DNA of 64,000 bases from Vairimorpha necatrix (lineage: Eukaryota): positions 434,001 to 498,000 of the forward strand of contig CP142726.1 of NCBI GenBank assembly GCA_036630325.1, in the 5' to 3' direction. The notes under the pieces were generated by a model. The model saw only the letters and a list, made by a program, of their open reading frames with translations, did not search any database and was not told the origin of the DNA. Position 1 is the first letter of the stretch. Every line of letters starts with the position of its first letter. Of the stretch, positions 52,847-62,162 are shown piece after piece. The position numbers and the translations under genes were made by a program.

Positions 52847-55800
52847 AGTATCTTTGTTAAAGTCCTGTTATTATAGGAAATTATTTTCCTATAACAAGAG
52901 TGATATTTTCAAATCTCTAAATAAAAAAATGCATAATCCAATTGGTTATAATAAATTAAAAAATACTTTCAAAACACCAAGGAGACTGAATAGTTTCAAA
53001 TATTTTTCTATTAGAAAGAATATGTGGTGGAAGAAAGTACAAGAACAATATTGTATTGTCAAGATACAAAGAATTCCTTATGGAGTGAAAGATCTCCTCA
53101 AAGACTTATGTAAGAAGAACTCTCTTTTGGAGAATTCCATCATTACAGCAAGAAAGTATAGACGAAGAGACACGTCTTTTACAAAAATAATAGTTGAAAA
53201 ACTATACGCAAATTTATTGATTAAGACAGTTAAAGCTAAAGGCTTTAAAGTTTTAAATGATAATAGAAAAGAACTAGAGAAATCTAGTAAAGTAAATAAA
53301 AAGACCAAAGAGAACATAAAACTCTTAAGTCTAAACATTAATCATCTCTCTAATAAGAGAGAAGAACTTGAGTTTCTTCTTAAGAAGGAGAAACCAGAAA
53401 TTATGTGTTTACAAGAAACTTGGAGACAATCTACAAGACCTTTAAAACTTGAAAAATACACTACAGTTGAAACACCTAGTGGTGGAAAAAATAAACCAGG
53501 ATTAATAACTCTGGTTAGAAATAATGGAGCGATCAGATGTTCCAAAAAAGGAACCGACTCAAACATTCTGCAAACTGTAGTTGAGTTTAGTTCAGCAGGC
53601 AAATGGATTAAGTATTTAGTCTTAAATGTCTACATACCACAAAACAAGGATCTCAAAAGGGAGACCTTGGCTAGATTATTTTCTCTTTTAGAAAAAGAGA
53701 ATTTCAGAAATAACTATAGTGAGATCATAGTGATGGGAGATATGAATATGCAGAGTTCTAGTCTCAAGAAAAAATTAAATGTAGTTGGTTTGCCAGTTAC
53801 AATAAAATATAACAGCAACGATGGTACAAGGATCCTCAAAGATGGTAAAAGATCTAAGAGGAAAATTGATACCATCTTTCGACTAAAAAGTAATGATAAT
53901 GAGAAGATCATTATATCCAAGTCTTGGGTATTAAGTGATCACTTAGTGCTCAAAAGAAGTATTAAACTTGCCGTTGATAAGATCTCCGATCAACTAGTTT
54001 ATGATAAGAAAATGCTGGAAAATCCAAAAGTGATTAAAAAGCTAAAAAAGAAGTTGTGTAATCAACAATTAAACATGAATAATCTCCCCGAGATTATTCA
54101 GAAAGTTTGTACATCTTTGAAGATTTACAAAAAGAGAAGAGTCCATACTGGACTTACAATGAGATGGAGATATTTAAAAGTCTTCAAAGAAAAACGTCTA
54201 GCAGCAAGAGCTGTTATGAAAAATTACAATGAAATCAACTCAATTAGATTCGAATATCTCAAAAAGAGAGTAGACGAAACTAAAAAGTTGATTCGCAAAG
54301 ATAGATCGAAACTTTGGGCTTTAAGAGGAATAAAGCTCTTTAAAAGTAACAGATCCCGAGAATTCTGGCAATGGCTGAAAAATAGAAGTGTTTCCATTCG
54401 TTTGGATCAAGTGGCTCTAATTGACCACAATAAGCTTCTTCAGACTTGCCGAGCAAAGAAGCTAGAAATAGCAAATAATTTTTACGCTGATTTGGCGTCA
54501 GAGAATGATATAGATGTCAATGTCTATGATAAAGTAGATCTTGTTGTTCTTCCCCCAGAGATAACAGATGAAGAATTTCTATCCGCACTGAAGAAATGTG
54601 GAAATAACAAAGCTGCCGGTCCTGATGAGATTCCAACCGAGCTATACAAATACTTACTGACTAGAGCAGTAGAAGATAAATTCTTTAAATTCATGCTACA
54701 TGAATTTAATAAATATATTTGTGGAAATAGTACTCCTGAATATTGGAGCATGGCAAACATGATTTGCCTTCACAAAAAAGGAGATGAGACAGATCTGAAT
54801 AATTATAGGGGAATCTCCTTAATTAACACAATTAGTAAGATCTATCTCAAGATAATAAATGACAGGTTAACTCAATTTGTCGAAGAACAAGATATACTCT
54901 CTAGATACCAAGCAGGATTCCGAGCAGGTGAAGAGTGTATGAATCAGATTACATCTTTACTAGAAATAGTGAGAAGAAGAGAATTCAGAGGCTTGAACAC
55001 AATAATGTGTTTCATTGACTTTGAAAAAGCTTATGATAATGTAAGTCATGACTTATTATTTGAAAAGCTTACAAAACTTAATATCCCATTGTATTTAATC
55101 AATACAATAAAGGATATTTATAAATATACCACCATGCGTGTGAAAATTGGTGGTGACACGTCAAGTGGTTATAGCTACAGAAAAGGAGTGAGACAAGGGT
55201 GCCCTTGTTCTCCAATGCTGTTCAATATATTCATCAATGATATTTTTGACGGCATAGAAGGAGTTTTGATCCCAAGATCAAATACGAGAGTTCCGGGACT
55301 GATGTTCGCAGATGATATTGTTGTCTTCGGAAACAACATTGATGATCTTAATAATAAGATCAATAGAATTTCAAAGTGGGCAGTTAATAACAGAATGAAG
55401 ATTAACTGCACAAAAAGCGGAGTATTAGAATGGAATGCTCATTCCAACATACAAGAATTCCGAAGTTTGTATTCTCTCAGTACAGACTTTGGTGTGATTG
55501 AAGAAGTCACTGAATACAGATATCTAGGTGTCTTAATTAAAAGAAACACGCTAGAAGAACATTTGGTCAAAGACGCAGCAATGCGTGGCAAGAAAGCCTT
55601 AGACGCCTTGATGCCCAAGTTGATGAATAATAGCATCAACCTTTACTTCAAGGCGATCTTAATCAAATGTGTACTAGTACCCACACTAATGTATGGTAGT
55701 GAACTGTGGGGAATGTCAAGTACAAGAGCAGGTAAGATTAACAGGATCTTAAGAAAATCTATCAGAATGATATTCAAAAGAGTATTAGTTCCACTAGATA

Positions 55801-56531
55801 GAGTAATGGACGAGTTCAGTATCGAACGAATTCATATACAAGCAGCTTTAAGTAGATTTAGAGCATACAACAAGTGGAAACACAATAAGACAATCATATC
55901 GGATATAATTGCAATAAATCCGAAAGAAAGAAAAACTACCTGGTGTTCAAGAACACAAAGATGGTTAAAACGATTTGTCGGCAACGAATACGAATCAAGT
56001 GATAGTAAATTTATCACTTCAAAAATAATTGATGTACTAAGAAGTCGAAGAACTTTAAATACTTCCTTAGCTGCATCAATAGCAAACCAATATGACATAA
56101 GAAAATCACAAATAAAATATGTCATGAACAAAATAAATAATAGAAAAATTAGAACATATTTTAGATTGAGATGTAATCTAGTAAAGTGGTCCTCAGCAAT
56201 AGCATATTCAAAAAGAATACCAATGAGTTATAGAAACAAATGCTTTTTGTGTGATGGACCACAAGAAAATTTAGAACACTTTCTGTTGGAGTGCGTCTGT
56301 TTTACTGACATTAGAACATCTTTTGAAAATAAACTGCCTCTACTGACTTGTTCAAAAACAAATATCCGAGAAAAAACCAAACAACTCCTTGGTAATAAAA
56401 TCGGACTAAAAAATAACCCAGATAAGATAAAAGAACTTTGTTGGACTATAGAGTTCTTAGATAGAATGGTTGTCTCTAGAAGAATTATATTTGAAAAGAA
56501 ACTTAAAGAGATAACAAAACAGGATAATTAA
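52839..56531 (+). CDS. LINE ORF2: AP endonuclease + reverse transcriptase + C-terminal CCHC
   Basis: LNINHL, CLQET, NVYIP, MGDMN, IDTIF, LSDH; AAGPDEIP, NYRGISL, QAGFR, FIDFEKAYD, GVRQG, FADD, YLG; CFLC..ENLEHFLLEC. First ATG at 52839 overlaps the ORF1 stop. Confidence 0.97.
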   Translation: MNKVSLLKSCYYRKLFSYNKSDIFKSLNKKMHNPIGYNKLKNTFKTPRRLNSFKYFSIRKNMWWKKVQEQYCIVKIQRIPYGVKDLLKDLCKKNSLLENSIITARKYRRRDTSFTKIIVEKLYANLLIKTVKAKGFKVLNDNRKELEKSSKVNKKTKENIKLLSLNINHLSNKREELEFLLKKEKPEIMCLQETWRQSTRPLKLEKYTTVETPSGGKNKPGLITLVRNNGAIRCSKKGTDSNILQTVVEFSSAGKWIKYLVLNVYIPQNKDLKRETLARLFSLLEKENFRNNYSEIIVMGDMNMQSSSLKKKLNVVGLPVTIKYNSNDGTRILKDGKRSKRKIDTIFRLKSNDNEKIIISKSWVLSDHLVLKRSIKLAVDKISDQLVYDKKMLENPKVIKKLKKKLCNQQLNMNNLPEIIQKVCTSLKIYKKRRVHTGLTMRWRYLKVFKEKRLAARAVMKNYNEINSIRFEYLKKRVDETKKLIRKDRSKLWALRGIKLFKSNRSREFWQWLKNRSVSIRLDQVALIDHNKLLQTCRAKKLEIANNFYADLASENDIDVNVYDKVDLVVLPPEITDEEFLSALKKCGNNKAAGPDEIPTELYKYLLTRAVEDKFFKFMLHEFNKYICGNSTPEYWSMANMICLHKKGDETDLNNYRGISLINTISKIYLKIINDRLTQFVEEQDILSRYQAGFRAGEECMNQITSLLEIVRRREFRGLNTIMCFIDFEKAYDNVSHDLLFEKLTKLNIPLYLINTIKDIYKYTTMRVKIGGDTSSGYSYRKGVRQGCPCSPMLFNIFINDIFDGIEGVLIPRSNTRVPGLMFADDIVVFGNNIDDLNNKINRISKWAVNNRMKINCTKSGVLEWNAHSNIQEFRSLYSLSTDFGVIEEVTEYRYLGVLIKRNTLEEHLVKDAAMRGKKALDALMPKLMNNSINLYFKAILIKCVLVPTLMYGSELWGMSSTRAGKINRILRKSIRMIFKRVLVPLDRVMDEFSIERIHIQAALSRFRAYNKWKHNKTIISDIIAINPKERKTTWCSRTQRWLKRFVGNEYESSDSKFITSKIIDVLRSRRTLNTSLAASIANQYDIRKSQIKYVMNKINNRKIRTYFRLRCNLVKWSSAIAYSKRIPMSYRNKCFLCDGPQENLEHFLLECVCFTDIRTSFENKLPLLTCSKTNIREKTKQLLGNKIGLKNNPDKIKELCWTIEFLDRMVVSRRIIFEKKLKEITKQDN

Positions 56532-56936
56532 TATGAATAATTAAAAACAATAAAATCTAGAAATGGAAGAAAGAGATGTTATTTTACTAACAAGAAAACT
56601 TATATTTAATTATATTTGACCTGGGAGAGGTCGGGCATGATACTGATGCTGTATTGTTCCGCTGAACTGAGTCGTGTTCTTAAATGGTGTATTGAGCCAG
56701 GCGTTTTCGTTTTTCATCAGACTCATGAAAGTGGGTCTCTAGTCATATTATGACTAAGGATGTATCCTATGGGAACAAACTTTTCTCCTACAAGCGAGGC
56801 CGTTAAGGTATGCTGGCGTGTAAACGCACTTATTGATGATTTTTTCTTTATTAGTGGAGTTTTTGGTGGCTTGGAGGCTTTTCTTCGTTTTGCTGATTCT
56901 GTCTTTTTTTACAATAAACAATTTTATTTTTTTTTT

Positions 56937-59900
56937 AGTAGTTAGACATCTGTCAACTATCTCTGCTATTATAGCTGGTAAAAGAAAAGCTCCTAAGAAT
57001 GGAGTAAAACTTTACCATACAAATGAAGACGGATGGACATCTGTCAAACACACATTCAAGCCTAAAGTCCAGATAGACTTGAAGAAAAACAGAAGTGTCA
57101 ACCCCACGTATAAATCTAACTTTAATAGATTTAAATCACTTAAAGTAGAAATCGGTGGCAATATAAAAGTGCCCAAAAATACTATTTATGAAGTTTTAAG
57201 GAGAAAATTTATCATTCCTAAAAAAGATCATGAAAAAAGAAGATCACAAAATCGTAAAAAAAATTCTACCCCCAAAATGGAGAACAAAAAAGGGGAGAAA
57301 TCTCAGAAAAAGGGAAGCTCAGTTTAACCAAAGAAAAACTGGGCTGAAGGGCTATCAGACGAAGCTCTCATGAAAATTATTAAGGGTGGTAGATACATAT
57401 CTAAATGCAAGTTCAAGTTAGCTCTTGTGTCTGGACTCGGGTTGGACGGGAAGCCCCAATCTAGAGATGCCTGGGCAGCGATGATGGAAGTGCAAAGCAA
57501 AGATATCACCCTTATAAAACAATTTAAAGAGTCAGAAGTAGTACTCATGATGATTAGAGAAAACGTGTGCCAAAAGGTACTTAAAAAAATTAAAGAAAGA
57601 TTTGTAGGTTCCGACATCTGCGATGATGAAGAATTCTTTGCTGGCTTCTTATCTTTTAATAAATCAATTGTTCTTGGAGAACTACTGAGACTCTCCGGAA
57701 CACATAAAAAGTTTGTACCACTTGTGAAAGCATGTAGGTACATAACTAAAGAATTGAATAAAGAAAGTCCCGAATACGATTCCTTTATTTACTTAAAAAA
57801 AATGATGGGTGAACCTGCCCGAGAATTCAAGGACTTTAATAATGAATAAAGTATCTTTGCTAAAGTCCTGTTTTTATAGGAAATTATTTTCTTATAACAA
57901 AAGCGATATTTTTAAATCTTTAAATAAAAAAATGCATAATCCAATTGGTTATAATAAATTAAAAAATACTTTCAAAACACCAAGGAGACTGAATAGTTTC
58001 AAATATTTTTCTATTAGAAAGAATATATGGTGGAAGAAAGTACAAGAAAAATATCGTATTGTCAAGATACAAAGAATTCCTTATGGAGTGAAAGATCTCC
58101 TCAAAGACTTATGTAAGAAGAATTCTCTTTTGGAGAATTCCATCATTACAGCAAGAAAGTATAGACGAAGAGACACGTCTTTTACAAAAATAATAGTTGA
58201 AAAACTATACGCAAATTTATTGATTAAGACAGTTAAAGCTAAAGGCTTTAAAGTTTTAAATGATAATAGAAAAGAACTAGAGAAATCTAGTAAAGTAAAT
58301 AAAAAGACCAAAGAGAACATAAAACTCTTAAGTCTAAACATTAATCATCTCTCCAATAAGAGAGAAGAACTTGAGTTTCTTTTTAAGAAGGAGAAGCCAG
58401 AAATCATGTGTTTACAGGAAACTTGGAGACAATCTACAAGACCTTTAAAACTTGAAAAATACACTACAGTTGAAACACCTAGTGGTGGAAAAAATAAACC
58501 AGGATTAATAACTCTGGTTAGAAATAATGGAGCGATCAGATGTTCCAAAAAAGGAACAGACTCAAACATCCTGCAAACCGTAGTTGAGTTTAGTTCAGCA
58601 GGCAATTGGATTAAGTATTTAGTCTTAAATGTCTACATACCACAAAACAAGGATCTCAAAAGGGAGACCTTGGCCAGATTATTTTCTCTTTTAGAAAAAG
58701 AGAATTTCAGAAATAACTATAGTGAGATCATAGTGATGGGAGATATGAATATGCAGAGTTCTAGTCTCAAGAAAAAACTAAAGGTAGTTGGTTTGCCAGT
58801 TACAATAAAATATAACAGCAACGATGGTACAAGGATTCTCAAAGATGGTAAAAGATCTAAGAGGAAAATTGATACCATCTTTCGACTAAAAAGTAATGAT
58901 AATGAGAAGATCATTATATCCAAGTCTTGGGTATTAAGTGATCACTTAGTGCTCAAAAGAAATATTAAACTTACTGTTGATAAGATCTCAGATCAACTAG
59001 TTTATGATAAGAAGATGCTGGAAAATCCAAAAGTGATTAAAAAGCTTAAAAAGAAGTTGTGTAATCAACAATTAAACATGAATAATCTTCCTGAGATTAT
59101 TCAAAAAGTTTGTACATCGTTAAAGATTTACAGAAAGAAAAAAGTCCATACTGGACTTACAATGAGATGGAGATATTTAAAAGTCTTCAAAGAAAAACGT
59201 CTAGCAGCAAGAGCTGTTATGAAAAATTACAATGAAATCAACTCAATTAGATTCGAATATCTCAAAAAGAAAGTAGACGAAACTAAAAAGTTGATTCGCA
59301 AAGATAGATCGAAACTTTGGGCTTTAAGAGGAATGAAGCTCTTTAAAAGTAACAGATCCCGAGAATTCTGGCAATGGCTGAAAAATAGAAGTGTTTCCAT
59401 TCGTTTGGATCAAGTGGCTCTAATTGACCACAATAAGATTCTTCAGACTTGCCGAGCAAAGAAGCTAGAAATAGCGAATAAATTTTACGCCGAATTGGCG
59501 TCAGAGAATGATATAGATGTCAATGTCTATGATAAAGTAGATCTTGTTGATCTTCCCCCAGAGATAACAGATGAAGAATTTCTATCCGCACTGAAGAAAT
59601 GTGGAAATAACAAAGCAGCCGGTCCTGATGAGATTCCAACCGAGCTATACAAATACTTACTGACTAGAGCAGTAGAAGATAAATTCTTTAAATTCATGCT
59701 ACATGAATTTAATAAATATATTTGTGGAAATAGTCCTCCTGAATACTGGAGCATGGCAAACATGATTTGCCTTCACAAAAAAGGAGATGAGACAGATCTG
59801 AATAATTATAGGGGAATCTCCTTAATTAACACAATTAGTAAGATCTATCTCAAGATAATAAATGACAGGTTAACTCAATTTGTCGAAGAACAAGATATAC

Positions 59901-61941
59901 TCTCTAGATACCAAGCAGGATTCCGAGCAGGTGAAGAGTGTATGAATCAGATTACATCTTTACTAGAAATAGTGAGAAGAAGAGAATTTAGAGGCTTGAA
60001 CACAGTAATGTGTTTCATTGACTTTGAAAAAGCTTATGATAATGTAAGTCACGACTTATTATTTGAAAAGCTTACAAAACTTAATATCCCATTGTATTTA
60101 ATCAATACAATAAAGAATATTTATAAATATACCACCATGCGTGTGAAAATTGGTGGTGACACGTCAAGTGGCTATAGCTACAGAAAAGGAGTGAGACAAG
60201 GGAGCCCTTGTTCTCCAATGCTGTTCAATATATTCATCAATGATATTTTTGACGGCATAGAAGGAGTTTTGATCCCAAGATCAAATACGAGAGTTCCGGG
60301 ACTGATGTTCGCAGATGATATTGTTGTCTTCGGAAACAACATTGATGATCTTAATAATAAGATCAATAGAATTTCTAATTGGGCGGTTAATAACAGAATG
60401 AAGATTAACTGCACAAAAAGCGGAATATTAGAATGGAATTCTCATTCCAACATACAAGAATTCCGAAGTTTGTATTCTCTCAGTACAGACTTTGGTGTGA
60501 TTGAAGAAGTCACTGAATACAGATATCTAGGTGTCTTAATTAAAAGAAACACGCTAGAAGAACATTTGGTCAAAGACGCAGCAATGCGTGGCAAGAAAGC
60601 CTTAGACGCCTTGATGCCCAAGTTGATGAATAATAGCATCAACCTTTACTTCAAGGCGATCTTAATCAAATGTGTACTAGTACCCACACTAATGTATGGT
60701 AGTGAACTGTGGGGAATGTCAAGTACAAGAGCAGGTAAGATTAACAGGATCTTAAGAAAATCTATCAGAATGATATTCAAAAGAGTATTAGTTCCACTAG
60801 ATAGAGTAATGGACGAGTTCAGTATCGAACGAATTCATATACAAGCAGCTTTAAGTAGATTTAGAGCATACAACAAGTGGAAACACAATAAGACAATCAT
60901 ATCGGATATAATTGCAATAAATCCGAAAGAAAGAAAAACTACCTGGTGTTCAAGAACACAAAGATGGTTAAAACGATTTGTCGGCAACGAATACGAATCA
61001 AGTGATAGTAAATTTATCACTTCAAAAATAATTGATGTACTAAGAAGTCGAAGAACTTTAAATACTTCCTTAGCTGCATCAATAGCAAACCAATATGACA
61101 TAAGAAAATCACAAATAAAATATGTCATGAACAAAATAAATAATAGAAAAATTAGAACATATTTTAGATTGAGATGTAATCTAGTAAAGTGGTCCTCAGC
61201 AATAGCATATTCAAAAAGAATACCAATGAGTTATAGAAACAAATGCTTTTTGTGTGATGGACCACAAGAAAATTTAGAACACTTTCTGCTGGAGTGCGTC
61301 TGTTTAACTGACATTAGATCATCTTTTGAAAATAAACTGCCTCTACTGACTTGTTCAAAAACAAATATCCGAGATAAAACCAAGCAACTCCTTGGTAATA
61401 AAATCGGACTAAAAAATAACCCAGATAAGATAAAAGAACTTTGTTGCACTATAGAGTTCTTAGATAGAATGGTTGTCTCTAGAAGAATTATGATTAATAA
61501 CAAACTGAAGGAGATAACGAAACAAAATAATTAATATAGCTTAATTAAAAAAAATGAAGATCTAGAATTAGAAGAAAGAAGTGTTATATTTTTAACAAAA
61601 AGACTTATATTTAATTATATTTGACCTGGGAGAGGTCGGGCATGATACTGATGCTGTATTGTTCCGCTGAACTGAGTCGTGTTCTTAAATGGTGTATTGA
61701 GCCAGGCGTTTTCGTTTTTCATCAGACCCATGAAAGTGGGTCTCTAATCATATTATGACTAAGGATGTATCCTATGGGAACAAAATTTTCTCCTACAAGC
61801 GAGGCCGTTAAGGTATGCTGGCGTGTAAACGCAATTATTGATGATTTTTTCTTTATTAGTGGAGTTTTTGGTGGCTTGGAGGCTTTTCTTCGTTTTGCTG
61901 ATTCTGTCTTTTTTACAATAAACAATTTTATTTTTTTTTTT
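56937..61941 (+). mobile_element. LINE copy 2, 5'-truncated within ORF1
   Basis: Begins at the equivalent of 51934, right after the copy-1 T-tract. ORF1 remnant is frameshifted near 57300; same 3' UTR. Confidence 0.95.
57842..61534 (+). CDS. LINE ORF2 (APE-RT-CCHC), copy 2
   Basis: Open, same length as and nearly identical to copy-1 ORF2. Confidence 0.95.
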   Translation: MNKVSLLKSCFYRKLFSYNKSDIFKSLNKKMHNPIGYNKLKNTFKTPRRLNSFKYFSIRKNIWWKKVQEKYRIVKIQRIPYGVKDLLKDLCKKNSLLENSIITARKYRRRDTSFTKIIVEKLYANLLIKTVKAKGFKVLNDNRKELEKSSKVNKKTKENIKLLSLNINHLSNKREELEFLFKKEKPEIMCLQETWRQSTRPLKLEKYTTVETPSGGKNKPGLITLVRNNGAIRCSKKGTDSNILQTVVEFSSAGNWIKYLVLNVYIPQNKDLKRETLARLFSLLEKENFRNNYSEIIVMGDMNMQSSSLKKKLKVVGLPVTIKYNSNDGTRILKDGKRSKRKIDTIFRLKSNDNEKIIISKSWVLSDHLVLKRNIKLTVDKISDQLVYDKKMLENPKVIKKLKKKLCNQQLNMNNLPEIIQKVCTSLKIYRKKKVHTGLTMRWRYLKVFKEKRLAARAVMKNYNEINSIRFEYLKKKVDETKKLIRKDRSKLWALRGMKLFKSNRSREFWQWLKNRSVSIRLDQVALIDHNKILQTCRAKKLEIANKFYAELASENDIDVNVYDKVDLVDLPPEITDEEFLSALKKCGNNKAAGPDEIPTELYKYLLTRAVEDKFFKFMLHEFNKYICGNSPPEYWSMANMICLHKKGDETDLNNYRGISLINTISKIYLKIINDRLTQFVEEQDILSRYQAGFRAGEECMNQITSLLEIVRRREFRGLNTVMCFIDFEKAYDNVSHDLLFEKLTKLNIPLYLINTIKNIYKYTTMRVKIGGDTSSGYSYRKGVRQGSPCSPMLFNIFINDIFDGIEGVLIPRSNTRVPGLMFADDIVVFGNNIDDLNNKINRISNWAVNNRMKINCTKSGILEWNSHSNIQEFRSLYSLSTDFGVIEEVTEYRYLGVLIKRNTLEEHLVKDAAMRGKKALDALMPKLMNNSINLYFKAILIKCVLVPTLMYGSELWGMSSTRAGKINRILRKSIRMIFKRVLVPLDRVMDEFSIERIHIQAALSRFRAYNKWKHNKTIISDIIAINPKERKTTWCSRTQRWLKRFVGNEYESSDSKFITSKIIDVLRSRRTLNTSLAASIANQYDIRKSQIKYVMNKINNRKIRTYFRLRCNLVKWSSAIAYSKRIPMSYRNKCFLCDGPQENLEHFLLECVCLTDIRSSFENKLPLLTCSKTNIRDKTKQLLGNKIGLKNNPDKIKELCCTIEFLDRMVVSRRIMINNKLKEITKQNN

Positions 61942-61956
61942 ATATGTAGTCAGAGA

Positions 61957-62162
61957 TGACTAAGGATCTGTTACCTACAGGAACAAATTTTTCTCCCACA
62001 AGCGAGGCCGTCAAGGTATGCTGGCGTGTAAACGCAATTATTGATGTTTTTCTTTATTGGTGGAGTTTTTGGTGGCTTGGTGGGTTTCTTCGTTTTGCTG
62101 ATTCTGTCTTTTAACAATAAACTTTTTTATTTTATTTTTTTATTTTTACAAGCGAGGCCGTT
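61957..62162 (+). mobile_element. Short LINE 3'-UTR-only fragments
   Basis: 61957-62147 is a diverged copy of the last ~190 nt of the 3' UTR with its T-tail. 62148-62162 (ACAAGCGAGGCCGTT) is a 15-nt internal UTR piece. Confidence 0.85.

Larger units (their letters stand above)
51171..56936 (+). mobile_element. APE-type non-LTR retrotransposon, copy 1 (both ORFs open)
   Basis: ORF1, ORF2 and a ~400-nt 3' UTR ending in AATAAA and a T-tract. Confidence 0.95.

Noticed and set aside
56700-56740. Hammerhead ribozyme on the minus strand (CTGATGAAAAACGAAA)
   Set aside because: No stem II closing pair and no stem III partner with a correctly placed UH cleavage site.
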